This document shows, in pieces, positions 1-11,723 of a stretch of 44,201 nucleotides of DNA; position 1 is the first letter of the stretch; every line of letters begins with the position of its first letter. The notes beneath the pieces are model-generated. The model was not told where the DNA came from and did no database searches. It saw nothing but the letters and a program-made list of their open reading frames with translations. The position numbers were made by a program, and so were the translations under genes. The DNA is from Cladosporium halotolerans (taxonomy: Eukaryota): contig NW_027191492.1 in NCBI RefSeq assembly GCF_011745625.1, positions 124,001 through 168,201 of the forward strand. The letters run 5' to 3'.

Positions 1-2345
1 AGCAGCAGGCCGCGCAGGCCGATGGCGAGCTCGAGCGAGAAGCTCTCGAGGACTTTGCCGGAGAGGGCGGCGGCTGCTCGCGAGTGCAGACGGTGCAGGA
101 AGGTAGAGATGTCGCGGCAGGTCGGGGTTTGGAGCTGGTCGAGCTGCAGGTTTGCGTCGTCGCGGGGACGGTAGTCGGTTTTCTTCTGCCCGTTGAGCAG
201 GCGTGCGGTCCAGGCAAGGGAGGAATCGATGGTGCGTTGGAGAACGGAGTCGATCTTGCTCTCCATGCGGTCCGTAAATGCCGAGGTGCGCTTTTCGAGG
301 TCACGGCGGATGGTGAGGTTTGTGGCTGCTAAGGGAAGGAGAAGCATTTTTATGGTGGTGAGCATTAGATGGAGAATGCTTACGGCAGTCCGCAAATCAG
401 TGATGTAGGTGGTATCGGGTTCCGTCTTTGAGTTTTGCTCAGCAGCGTAGGCGGTCTCGTTGGCCGCGTCAAGTGCTGTCTCGAGATAGACTTCGCCCAT
501 GTTTGCGATCAGTAAGTGAAGTAACTCCCGCACTTCTTTAGGCGTATCGTTGCCACTTGACGCTAGCTCAAGACCACGACCAACGGCTTCCGCGAGCCAC
601 TTGAGCATTCGTTTTGTATTGGGCAAAGAAAGCTGGCCGTCTTCATCGGTTACATCGGCTTCCGCATTACCAGTAGGGCTTGCTTGTTTGCTGTCATCAC
701 GCAGGCCTGCAATGCGAAGCATAATGTTCTTCTGACTCGTTGGTGTCTCGCCAGCGTCGAGTCGTTCCGAGTACGCCTCTCTCGCGTTGCTGATCAGTCC
801 TTTTGATCTTGCTGAAAGTGCGCCAAGGTATGTTGATGACTGCACGTTAAGTTTCCTCCTCCGTGAGTGGTACAAGGTGAACTTGAATAGCAGCCCCTCG
901 AACAGTTCGCCCAAATTGTGTTTCTCCCGCTCTAGGTAGGATGAGCCGGTAAAATATGGGACGAACAGCTCATCCAGCTGCTGATCGAGCACAGCAGCCG
1001 TCACGCTGTTGACGGGTTCAGGGTGCTCAGTGAGGCCATGTGCTTTCAAATCTTCGACCAAAGCGCTGATGTAGGACTTCGAAGCCTGTAGCGATCGCAA
1101 GAAAGCCAACGAAGATATGCTGTCGGCTTTGTTGAGGACCATCTCCAGTCGTTGTTGAATGGACTGTTGAAATACTCTCTGCAGGAAGCGGGCCAACACC
1201 TCGTCGTAATATGGAAACGCGCGTTTGATGATGAAGCTTTCCTCCTGCACGACCACTTTGACCTCGTCGATCAGTGATTGTAAGCCAGGCTCGATACCCG
1301 GGGGCTCAACATCAGGGTCTGCAAGTCTGTCCCATGTTTCGTTGTCGGTCGCCAGTTCCTCAGTGACGAGCTGAGAGCGATCGATAAAGAACTGATGTTG
1401 ATTGACGAAAAGTGAAATGACACTGTTGCCTTCACCAAAGTCTCGTAATGCGACAGCGCATTCGAGCATGCCATCAAAGTTTTGTCTCCTGTAAAAGTCG
1501 TCGAAAGACCTCAGCAGGTCCTTCTCAAGCATCTCCAGGAATTTTTCAATGATCTCGCGCGTCTTTTGCGCGTTCGTTGATCGACCGGACGGTTCCGAGT
1601 CGTCAGCCCCGTTTGTTTCAGTGAATCGAACGCCATTTGTGTGGCCAGCATCTCCAGAATCCAAGTCAGGGTCTAGTCGCTGCGATATCTTCAGAAGCTG
1701 CCTAGCAATGTGCGCGCATCGCACCTTGCCCTCGCCGGCGCCCATTCTTCGGACATCCTCAAGCGAAGATAGGTCCCCACGCTCGCTGACTTCTATCCAG
1801 CACTGCAGCACGAACTTCGCATCCTGGGCCCTCTGCCGCTGCTTGTCCAGTTCCTCCAACCGCTCTCCTATTCGCACAGCAGCATTTCCGCCAATATCAC
1901 CGTCTCCATCTAGTTTCCTCTCTAGCTGGTGGAAAGACTCGATTGTCCGCTGTAGTTCCCTCTCGCGCGATTTGATGTTCGAGTTGTGCTGGCCTTCTGC
2001 GCGGCGCACGCTTCCCGAAAGCTCATTTTCCCTCTCTTCCAGATCCTCGCTCAGAGTCTTAAGCCGAGTGAGCGCATGCTCGAATGTTCGAATAAGTGGC
2101 TTTGGGTCGAATGCCTGGCCAGATTGGGCATTGGCGGAAGCTCCAGGTGGCCCCAATGACCGTCGCGCGGGCGCGGCAGAATCGGAGAGCGCTTCGACGA
2201 AATCCTTGACAATGAAGTCCTTGCTGCTGAAAGTGTCCAAGCTGAAGACCTGTGCGCCTCGTACCGTCTGAGATGTTGTTTGTCTGGTCAAAGGAACGGC
2301 GGACTGATGTGAGACCAAGGATGCGGAGTCGGAGGAGTTCGCCAT
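1..2345 (-). CDS. SEC10: Exocyst complex component Sec10 (3'-truncated by the window edge)
   Basis: Absent from the ORF track because no stop falls inside the window. Hand translation from ATG at 2345 gives MANSSDSASL...FSLDTFSSKDFIVKDFVEALSDS...AFDPKPLIRTFEHAL, the typical fungal Sec10 N-terminus. The same frame reads GKVLESFSLELAIGLRGLL at positions 59-3, matching the Sec10 C-terminal region. Confidence 0.9.
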   Translation of the reverse strand, partial: MANSSDSASLVSHQSAVPLTRQTTSQTVRGAQVFSLDTFSSKDFIVKDFVEALSDSAAPARRSLGPPGASANAQSGQAFDPKPLIRTFEHALTRLKTLSEDLEERENELSGSVRRAEGQHNSNIKSRERELQRTIESFHQLERKLDGDGDIGGNAAVRIGERLEELDKQRQRAQDAKFVLQCWIEVSERGDLSSLEDVRRMGAGEGKVRCAHIARQLLKISQRLDPDLDSGDAGHTNGVRFTETNGADDSEPSGRSTNAQKTREIIEKFLEMLEKDLLRSFDDFYRRQNFDGMLECAVALRDFGEGNSVISLFVNQHQFFIDRSQLVTEELATDNETWDRLADPDVEPPGIEPGLQSLIDEVKVVVQEESFIIKRAFPYYDEVLARFLQRVFQQSIQQRLEMVLNKADSISSLAFLRSLQASKSYISALVEDLKAHGLTEHPEPVNSVTAAVLDQQLDELFVPYFTGSSYLEREKHNLGELFEGLLFKFTLYHSRRRKLNVQSSTYLGALSARSKGLISNAREAYSERLDAGETPTSQKNIMLRIAGLRDDSKQASPTGNAEADVTDEDGQLSLPNTKRMLKWLAEAVGRGLELASSGNDTPKEVRELLHLLIANMGEVYLETALDAANETAYAAEQNSKTEPDTTYITDLRTAVSILHLMLTTIKMLLLPLAATNLTIRRDLEKRTSAFTDRMESKIDSVLQRTIDSSLAWTARLLNGQKKTDYRPRDDANLQLDQLQTPTCRDISTFLHRLHSRAAAALSGKVLESFSLELAIGLRGLL

Positions 2346-2834
2346 GGTCGGGGGGTTTCAAGGCGGGCTATCTCAGCTCCATACCGCAGACGTAACGAGC
2401 GGCGCCATGCACAGTGAGCCGTATCACCAATGACGAGCTTGCTTCGGTAGCTGGTATAGCGGGCCTCAGGCGTCAGTCCACCTTGTCGCGAGGTCGGGCG
2501 GCGGGCGTTGCTGGCTCCGGGGTTGGCGCAGCTGCCTATCCGGGCCAAGCTCCGGGCGCTCCCTTGCACAAGGTTTAAGCTTCCACCGCGGTCCTGCAGG
2601 CACAAGGTAACGTCATCTTCGTGTTAGCGGCGGTGCTAGACTGACCTGCCCCAGCGGCGGTGATAGACGCGCACAACGAGCTTCCTCATGGGGACGCTGG
2701 TGCGAGTGATAGACACGCCGTGACAGGCAGGTCGCCGTGGCGGGGCGTGGCGCTTGCTTGCGACTCTTGACTGAGCTTGAAGGCGCCTCTTTTCCATTCC
2801 TCCACCGCTTCCATCGCATCTGAAGCCACTCATC

Positions 2835-4508
2835 ATGGTCTTCTCCCTCAGATACGCCATCTGCGGCGCCATTGCGGCAGGCAGTGCCTCTGCCATTGAC
2901 CACAACATTGGCAGTGGAGGCCGAACCATCCAAAGCCTCAGCCGGGACGCGAGCGACGTTTCTCTGTTCAAACGCGACGACGTCGACCCGAGCGAGCTTT
3001 ACCCGGCACACAACATCTCCGTGCCAGTGGACTACTTCCACAATGAGAGCCGTTATGAGCCGCACAGTGACGAGTACTTCAACCTGAGATACTGGTTCGA
3101 TGCGTCTCATTACAAGCCCGGCGGCCCCGTCATTGTCCTCCAGTCTGGAGAAACGTCCGGCGTAGGCAGACTTCCGTTCTTACAGAAAGGCATCATCGCC
3201 CAGTTGATCCAGGCGACGAATGGCATTGGCGTCATTCTTGAGCACCGTTACTACGGCACCTCGTTCCCGACTCCGGACATCTCCACCGAGAACCTACGCT
3301 TCTTGACCACGGAGCAGGCGTTGGCCGATCAGGCGTACTTCTCCCAACACATTAAATTCCCTGGACTGGAGGATCACGACTTGTCTAGCAACACCACTGC
3401 GCACATTGGCTACGGCGGCTCGTATGCTGGAGCCTACGTTGCTTTCCTGCGAAAGCAATACCCCGACGTTTACTGGGGAACCATCTCCAGCTCCGGCGTG
3501 ACGAAGGCGATTTATGACTATTGGCAGTACTATGCGGCTATTGCTAAGTACGGCCCGGAGGCCTGCATCAGCACGCAGCAGACTTTGACGCACATGGTCG
3601 ATAACATCGTTATTGGGAAGAACGACACCAACTTGACGTCGACGTTGAAAGACGCTTTCGGGCTCGGCGATCTCACCCATATCGAAGACTTCACCAACCA
3701 GCTCGCGTCCGGCGTTGGCAATTTCCAATCACTCAACTGGGACCCGGAAGTCACCAGCGACGAGTTCTACAACTACTGTGCCAACATCAGCAGCACCAAT
3801 GTTGAATACCCCGAGACCGAGGCCAAGCGCTCGACCGCTACTCATCTCCTCGAAGCCGGCGGCTACGCGTCGAACTCGACCCTCGTCAACCAACTTCTAA
3901 ACTACATTGGTTACATCAACGCTACCGTTGTTTCCCGATGCACGGACTCCACGCAAGACGAGTGTTTCTCCAACTACAACACGACCTTCTACGAGCAAGA
4001 CTCCATCGACCAGCAAGGCTGGCGCAGCTGGGCCTACCAGTACTGCACCGAGTGGGGCTACCTTCAGACCGGTTCCGGCGTGCCGGCCGACCAGCTCCCG
4101 CTCATCAGCCGCACCATCGACCTCAAGTACAGCACTCTCGTCTGCAAGTACGCTTTCAACATCACCACCCCGCCCGAAGTCGACCGTATCAACAAGTACG
4201 GCGCCTACGACATCGCGTACCCGCGTCTGGCTTTCCTCGACGGCGAGTGGGACCCTTGGCGCCCTGCTTCGCCGCACGCGTTCGATTATGGTGCCAAGGA
4301 GAGGAACAGCACCCTTAGCGAGCCGTTCATTCTGATCGATGATGCGGTACACCATTGGGATGAGAACGGGTTGTTCCCGAACGAGACTACGGCCAAGCTA
4401 CCGCCTAAGCCTGTGAAGGATGCGCAGACGCAGGAGGTGAAGTTTGTCAAGGAGTGGATGAGGGAGTGGAGGTACAAGTGCGCGGAGGAGGGGAGGTGGT
4501 GGAATTGA
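2835..4508 (+). CDS. Secreted serine carboxypeptidase, family S28 (prolyl-carboxypeptidase-like)
   Basis: 557-aa intronless ORF with a signal peptide, a KR (Kex2-type) site, LEHRYYG, nucleophile motif GGSYAG, DGEWDPW and a C-terminal VHHWD. Confidence 0.93.
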   Translation: MVFSLRYAICGAIAAGSASAIDHNIGSGGRTIQSLSRDASDVSLFKRDDVDPSELYPAHNISVPVDYFHNESRYEPHSDEYFNLRYWFDASHYKPGGPVIVLQSGETSGVGRLPFLQKGIIAQLIQATNGIGVILEHRYYGTSFPTPDISTENLRFLTTEQALADQAYFSQHIKFPGLEDHDLSSNTTAHIGYGGSYAGAYVAFLRKQYPDVYWGTISSSGVTKAIYDYWQYYAAIAKYGPEACISTQQTLTHMVDNIVIGKNDTNLTSTLKDAFGLGDLTHIEDFTNQLASGVGNFQSLNWDPEVTSDEFYNYCANISSTNVEYPETEAKRSTATHLLEAGGYASNSTLVNQLLNYIGYINATVVSRCTDSTQDECFSNYNTTFYEQDSIDQQGWRSWAYQYCTEWGYLQTGSGVPADQLPLISRTIDLKYSTLVCKYAFNITTPPEVDRINKYGAYDIAYPRLAFLDGEWDPWRPASPHAFDYGAKERNSTLSEPFILIDDAVHHWDENGLFPNETTAKLPPKPVKDAQTQEVKFVKEWMREWRYKCAEEGRWWN

Positions 4509-5416
4509 AGTTACGTGGCATGTGCCAGTCACATCTCACTGGGCATAAAACAGACCAGCCGTCGCTAGCAGTATATAAAGCTACACTACAGCAAAACAAA
4601 TCTTTGATCTAGCGGAATCTCAGGTATGAAATCCTGTTGTCTCATGAGCGTAAGAGGCGTTGAAACGCATGGTGCTGCTGATCCTTGCTTGACGCTCCCC
4701 GGAAAGCCAGCTAAGTCGTTTCACTCATCAAGCATACCATCTTCTGATTGGGCACACAAGGTCTTTGGTTGCTACAGAGGCGCCAGCAGGACGGTCGTTC
4801 AGGTACTCCGACAAACGGAAGCTCAAGAGTGAGAGTGAGAGCAGGCGAGACACGGACGCACCAATGGCCCTCAACTTGCTCCTCGTCGCGGGAACGAATG
4901 CGCCCCATGACGTTTCGAAGCGGCACATTATACGCCTCTCAACGTGACACTCGGTACCACACTTAGCATGAAACGATAGATCTGAAGACGAGCCAGCCAT
5001 TTCGCCACGGAAGGCTAGCAAAGTCCCCGAACTCCGGTTGGGGCGCGCAGGGGGGGCTGGACGGAAGGATTGAGCATACCGCGGGTGGTCATCTCGCGAG
5101 AGACGCCTAGAACCCGGCCTTTCGGTTGCGTCTGCCGGTACCCGTGAGGGGGATGGATGTGGTTTGGTACTACTGCACGGCTGCCCCTGATGGCTGGATG
5201 AGCCTCGGGACTTCGTTATGGACAGGCGTGTGCCTTCCCGCCTTCTGATTTGTGATCCATTGGCCTTTTCGATGTGGATATTATGTCGCGTCTACTCGAG
5301 ATTGAGTGTGTAGTTGTGTGCAAAATTTGATTGTCAACCGCTTTTCGTTTTAGCTCACTACTTCACTCTCACCAACTATATGCAATGAATTTTGTGCCGA
5401 AGCAACACCCGCACCC

Positions 5417-7234
5417 CTAGTTCTTGACAATAGCAACGACCGGACCCTGGTAGATCTTCCTCGCGTGAACCAAGTAGTTCACCACGCACAGAATCGCCAC
5501 GCCGCCAAACATAGCAATGCCCCAGTTCATGCTCTTCGCGTCGACCTTGGCGAACAGCGGGAAGAAGCTGATGATCGTGCTGAACAACTCGTACAGCACC
5601 GCGATGACATTGATAGGCACGCCCCAGCGGCCCAGGCTCCAGCGCGCGGGCGGCAGCGGCTCACCATAGAGTCTGCGCCACAGCACGCAGGCAATGCTCA
5701 GCGCGTAGGTGAGGCCGACGGCGCCGGTCATGAGGCCGATGATGCTGTTGAAGACCTCGCTGCCGCCGAAGTTGAGTAGGGCGACGACTATCAGGATGAC
5801 GAGGGAGGTTACCATGGCGTTCACTGGGAGAGGGGTGGAGTTGATGGGGATGAGCCTCGTGAACCAGGCGGGGAAGGGCAGGCCGTCATCGCGAGCGAAA
5901 GACCAGGCTTGGCGAGAAGCTGCCGCGGTCGAGTTGATGCACATGCTGAGGGTCATCAGGACCATTGGTACGGTCATGCCGATTGCGGCGGCCGTGCTGC
6001 CGGTTGCGGTGGCGAAGACGTCGACGAAGGGGTAGGGTGCGGTCGACATGATGATTTGCTCTTCGACGGATTGGATGGCGAAGCAGAAGGTGACGATCAT
6101 GATGAAGCCAAGTGCGCCGTTCAGGAAGACGGTCAGCATCATCATGCGCGGGACAACGCGCGAGGCGTTCTTGACTTCTTCGGCCATGTGGACGGCACTG
6201 TCGACGCCCTGGAATTACTGTCAGTGGCAGTACAGCAAACATAGATTGGAGGCAACGAACGATAAAAGCGGCCGATGCAGCCATCTGTCCCACAATGCAA
6301 GCTCCGCCCATTGATGCCCAGCCTCCCCAGTTCTCAAACTTGCCGAAGACATCGCTGACGGAGGCCCTAGGGGCCAAGACCCAAAGCGGGATGATGATGA
6401 CGAAGAAGCCGATGAGGAACATAATGAGGATGAGGCCTTCAAAGAGAGGAAGGTGTTTGGCGGCGAAGGCGTTGAAGGAGATGGCGAAGGCTCCGACGGC
6501 CATGGTCATGAGTGTACCTTGCCTGCTGTTGTTAGCTCATTGGGCCGTCAAGGTGCGCGAAGACGGTGGCTTACCAGACTGTGGGAACATAGGATGGGTT
6601 GTTCATCGAAGCCAGAATGAGGATAACATTACCGGTTTGATAGGCGGACGATGCGATGAATGCCTGCCAACCCAGAGCGGCCAGCCAACCGGAAACGTAG
6701 CTGAGGACCTTTTGCATATTGGGAGGAGCAAACTCTGACACCCAGTGGTATTGTCCACCAGCGCTAGGCGACATAGACGCCATCTCTGCCATGGAGGCTA
6801 CGACGGGGATTGTCAAGATCCAAGTCGCGAGGAACGTCCATACTGTGCCCTGACGAAGAATTAGTGATGGTTTGAGAATGATGCTAGCAAAAGAACTTAC
6901 AGCTCTGCCTCCGTTAATCAGGGAAAAGGTGCTGGTGCTGAGGAAGTGTCAGAATAACGCGATCGACCGTTGATCTTGAAGAGCGTACGAGAGAATACCC
7001 ATCCATGTGCACATGATCACGCAAGTCAGACCCAAGATCGGAATAGAGTGGAAGTTCCTCTACACGTTGTCAGCAGGCTTTGCAATCATGTTGCTCACAT
7101 CAACGCACCTTCAACTCCTGGCTCTTTCCCAAACGATACATATCTTTTGCATCTTGGCTAGAGCTGCTGTGTCCATCGAAGGAGCTGTCGCTGCCCTCGG
7201 CGCGCACATCAAGAATAGGCTCTTGCTTGACCAT
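5417..7234 (-). CDS. APC-superfamily amino acid permease (GABA/choline transporter type), multi-exon
   Basis: ATG at 7234 gives MVKQEP...DMYRLGKSQELK/RNFHSIPILGL. Later exons contain SMAEMASMSPSAGGQYHWVSEFAP, HMAEEVKNAS and AASRQAWSFARDDGLPF. Several ~50-60 nt GT-AG introns join the ORF fragments. Confidence 0.9.
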
Positions 7235-7902
7235 TGTGGCGACAAATCAATCGATGCAAAATGAAATATGCAGAGAAGAACGAACAGTGACAGGAAGTTC
7301 TACGACAGAGTGAGGAATGACAATGCTAAATGAGAGGCAGAGAAGGGCGATCCCAAAAGTGGAAGGTGTCTACAAACCTGTGCCCTGACCAGGCTCGGTA
7401 GGATAAAAGTGTCGAATCAGACATGGCGAGAGACCTTGGACGCGCATAAGCCCGAACAGGTAAATTGGGCCAAAGGGTGGTTGAGGGTGCGAAGGATGCG
7501 GCGCCACAGGAAGCGAAGGACCGGGGAGCTCGCCTCATCCCGCGTTGCCGGGCGTCTGCCCTCCTTCGTTCGCGCCGCCGGCCGAGCTTCCGTGCCGGCA
7601 GCCTGTTTCGTGCATCGCCTTTCTGCAGACCATTGGTGGCGTGCCGTAGCCTGCATCCTAGGACCCGGTAGTCAGTTTTGCATGTGAGACGTTGGGGATG
7701 GGCAAATTGTAAGCGAGGGTTGCGTAGGATTGCTGCAGACCGAGCCGCGCAACGCGGCACGGGTGCGTACAGTGTGCCCTAAGGACAAACGGGCGGCTTT
7801 GGGCATGACCGTCTGGATGAAGTTATGTACATGATGGGTGCAGCAGCCGATTTAGTGGATAGCTGGCGATGTCGCAGTTTTTTGTTGTGTTGATACACCC
7901 TC

Positions 7903-9273
7903 ATGGATTCTGAATCGTCCAGCGTGCACCCCAGCACCGTGGTCAACGACCGGGACTGTGGTGCGCAGTTGACGATCGCCGCATGGTTTAGCATCACACT
8001 CTCGTTGATCTTTTACGCGACTCGCTTGATCGTGCGTTGGCCCTGGAGAGCCTTGTTTCGCTACGATGATATGGTAACGTCTGCCGCGACGGTAAGTCAT
8101 GGACGATCCTCCGCGTGGAAGACCCAATGCTGAGATTCCCAGATCCTGAGTGTAGCCCAGAGCATCGTGGCCATCAAGAGCGTGAGCGCTGGCTTGGGCA
8201 TGGTCCCTGAGGACCTCGACACGCCCACGGTCGCTACCATTGGAACAGTACAAAATCAGTGTGATCGACCAACTGAGACACATGTGCTTACACGTATTAG
8301 TTTCTCTCGACGGCGCAGACATTGTTTGTTCTTGTCGTCTTTCTCAGCAAGATCGCCGCATGTCTCCTACTGTACCGCCTTACCTGTCACAGAAGGCAAC
8401 GCGCCTATACCATCGCCGTTGGAGCGGCCAGTGCGGCGTTCTGCATTGTCTGTCTGGTCATCGTCAATGTAGGAAGCGGGGTGCAAGAGCCAGGATTGCC
8501 AGGGAGAGGAAATGCTAAGGCGACGGTATGCCAACCATCCTATCAATCATGATAACCGAAGCGGTTCGCTTATCTTTGGCGCAGATCAACCGATGGATTG
8601 CGTATACGGTACTGAACGTCCTGGTTGACGTTTGCATCGTCGCGCTTGCAGCCATGCTAGTATGGGGCCTCGAGATGCGAACGGCGACGAAGAGTAAGAT
8701 CGTCTTGACCTTCGCGCTTCGGCTGGCGTAAGTGGTAAACACTTGAGCAGAGACGAATCGGGCAAGTCAGCTAACGCGCACAGTGCTACGCCTCTCTGCA
8801 TTCTTCGCATCGCGCACATGTCCGGCGCGCTTCGAAGCGAAAGAGATACGTTCGCGTACGTTGGGGTGGAGGTGTTCGCGCAGATGGAGATGTGCTACAA
8901 CCTCATCTCGGCCACGGTACCGTCGCTGACGATGTTCCTCGCATCCGCACGGACTGGCCTGCTGGACCTGGGTGGGACAACGACGGCAACGGGCACGTAC
9001 GGCAGCGCTTCCCGGCAGCGCGGCACGCAGCAAGCGACGGCCGGCTCGCAGCTGAGCAAAAGACGAGCTGTCGCGTCGGTCCAGGAACAAGGGTCGGAGG
9101 CCATTGAGCTGACGGACCAGGGACACGGTGCGACGTGTTCGGCGGTGGCAGTGGACAAGCGGGAGCCATTGCAGCGGCCTCAGCAGGAGAGGGGGAATTC
9201 GTTGTCGAGCGACGACTCGCAGAGGGCGATCATCAGGGTCGAGCGGACGGTCTCTTTACGTTATGGTAATTAG
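7903..9273 (+). CDS. PTH11-like (fungal rhodopsin-domain) integral membrane protein without CFEM, multi-exon
   Basis: Hydrophobic exons ...RLIVRWPWRALFRYDD, FLSKIA, NVLVDVCIVALA...KIVLTFALRL and QMEMCYNLISATVPSL, followed by a disordered tail. Introns include GTAAGT at 8092 with AG at 8141-8142. Confidence 0.8.
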
Positions 9274-9670
9274 GAGCGCAGTAAAGGTGGATACCCACGG
9301 TATGCAGCAGGTATTCTTGCAGATTTGACGCGAGGTCGGGCAGCTTCACGTGTTTCGGTGTCGCAGTTGGCCGCCTGATGCGGCCGTTGAAGAACCCCTT
9401 GACCTTGACGTTTGGAGGGAGGGAGCTCCTCACATGTCGCATGCATCTGACCCCTTTGTTCGTGATGGCAGAATTCGGATGCACGTGGTTGAGGGGTGGA
9501 GGTGTGAGCAGCATAGGTAGTCAGGTTTGCAGGCACAAGCGAGGACAACGGAGTTGGTGGCAGAAACGCGCGAGTGAAGCCTCAGGTTCTAGACATGCCT
9601 GAGGAAGAAGTGCTGGCACAGACCGATGAAGACGCAGACGGCAGTGGAGGCTGGCGGTGGAGCAGCGCGC

Positions 9671-9726
9671 TGGAGCCTGAGGACGGCGAGCGTGTGGAGC
9701 CTGAGGATGGCGCAGGTGTGGAGCCG
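9671..9726. repeat. Imperfect 24-nt tandem repeat (~2.3 copies) inside a short acidic ORF (9595-9795)
   Basis: TGGAGCCTGAGGACGGCGAGCGTG / TGGAGCCTGAGGATGGCGCAGGTG / TGGAGCCG. Confidence 0.6.
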
Positions 9727-10285
9727 CAGGAGCCGGGCGGGCACCGCTTGCACCCCGTGCACCCCACTCTGCTACTCACCCACCCTCTCTGCTAAGGTAC
9801 ACGGCAACCCCACGTGATCGACAGCCGACGGCGGGCGGTGTAGGCGGGCGACGACCAGCGGCGGGCAGGACGCGGGCAGGACGACGTGACGACGTCGACC
9901 AAGCGGCCGGTCGGCTGACTTGGCTACATGCCGCCGCTGCGTGCCTTGTGTGTGCCTGCGCCAACGTGATCGCGGCCCTGCTCCCTTGACTCTCCTGCGA
10001 CCACCGCTGCTCTGCTCTGCCCTGCCCTGCCCTGCGCCCATTACCGCGCCCTCCACCCACCTCCCACCACACCCACCCACCATCCGCCGACCCCGCCAAA
10101 GCGAGTGACGACTGCCTGCGCTCGCGGTGGGTACCTTGCCGACATACTCCCACGCCGACATCGCCATCCTCCCCCTCGACCTCAGACCACTCCAAGACTT
10201 GTCAAAACCCGGTGTGCCTGCCTACGCTGGAGGGACAACGAGTATTTGAGGGACAGCCGGCCGCTGGCGTCGGACTTGGGCAAAC

Positions 10286-11723
10286 ATGGCGCATCCCAGC
10301 ATCCATGATGCCAACACGAGCGGCACACGCCGTCCGGGTCAGATGAGCGGTATGGGAAGCCGCTCTGCTGGTGAGTCTATCCCTTCTGTTCTTCGCCTCG
10401 GTATATCATCTACATGCCAAAGAGTCACCTCCCACGGAGATTTATACCTTGGCTGCTTTCGATCTCGAGTGGCCGCCTCACCGATACGAAGCATATGCTG
10501 ACTTCTTCTCCGCAGACTCGTGGGTCGAGATCAGTTCCCAACCGTCCTCCTCTTCCTTATCTTCCGCCAACGACGAAGTCGTCACCACCGGTCTGCGCGT
10601 ACAGCAAACCCCGAGACGCAGGCGCAGAAGGGTAGTCAACCCCGGCGCGCCTTCAACGCTGCACATCACGACTCGAGCCTCGGACGCAGAGGGCACAAGC
10701 AGCCAGGATGAATACGAGGAGAGTGAGAGCGAGTCTGACCGGGTCATGACATCTTCTGGGGAAGGACCGTACATGCAGAGTGTCCTGCCACGCTCTGCAA
10801 ACGTGCAACTAGCGCAAGCGAATCCGACACACGGAGATACACCGCACGAGTCTTCCGATGATGAGAATCGCACGGCCATCAACTATCCCATTCGCAACCA
10901 CGAGACTTTCACGCCGCAGCCAAACGCATTCACTCATCCGCCTTCAGCGGGCAACAGATCCGCAAGTCAAACCGTACCAGGCTCTTATTTTCCCGTTCCA
11001 TCCACCAGGCCCCCACCCCGCAGCTCCCCTTCATCACATCGGAACTCGCTCACAGGCCACCATCTACCACAAAACATACTCTCACCATCCTACAACGCCG
11101 CTGCTCATCACGACGAAGCTTTGCGCTCCAGCCTCAACACTCTTCTCTCTTGCGCAGCCGCAGCTCGCAACCTGGCTAAGCCAAACTCCAAAGCACCACA
11201 GCAGCAAGCACAAACCGCACCTCGTGGTAACAGAGTCGACCCGATGTCTTTCCGGCTCATCCCAGAATCCGCCCTCCCCTCGCAGAATCACGCTCAGACT
11301 TTCCCTCAGTCAGATGAGCCCACCTTCAAGCCAACTCTCCGCCGAACCTCGACCTCGACAACTTCGACCTCTCCATCGCCACTTGATCGCATAACCAAAG
11401 AGGCGACCAGGCGCAAGACTTCGACTTCCAAATCCCGCCGCACGAGCCCAGCGAAGAAGGCCCGCCACTCGCAAGACCCGGCTGCCATATCGCCCACGCT
11501 TTTCACCTGGGTCGTCTCCGCAGGCGTGGTCGTAGTGCTGTCCGCTCTCAGCTTTTCAGCAGGCTACTCGCTCGGCCGCGAAGCTGGCTTGATGGAGGCC
11601 AACGGCTCAGGCGCAGGGCTGGTGGACGTGGGAATGGGCAGGGAGGCGGGCTGCGCGAGGGAGGTTGCGGGAAGAAGTATGGGGCTGAAGAGAAGCTTGG
11701 CTAGGGGTGCTGTCCAGGTTTGA
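10286..11723 (+). CDS. Tail-anchored, largely disordered protein with an N-terminal DSWVEI motif (~430 aa; candidate selective-autophagy receptor)
   Basis: Exon 1 10286-10370, intron 10371-10515 (GTGAGT..GCTGAC..CAG), exon 2 to 11723. Splicing gives ...RSA-DSWVEISSQPSSSSLSS. There is a single C-terminal TM segment, LFTWVVSAGVVVVLSALSFSAGYSLGR. Confidence 0.8.

Noticed and set aside
4510..5416. Telomerase RNA CR4/5 domain or RNase MRP/P gene
   Set aside because: No template sequence nearby, too little room between the flanking genes, and the small hairpin loop and 3' conserved motifs do not match.
9574..9795. Short acidic ORF with EPED repeats as a gene
   Set aside because: Short, with no recognisable homology; retained only as a repeat feature.
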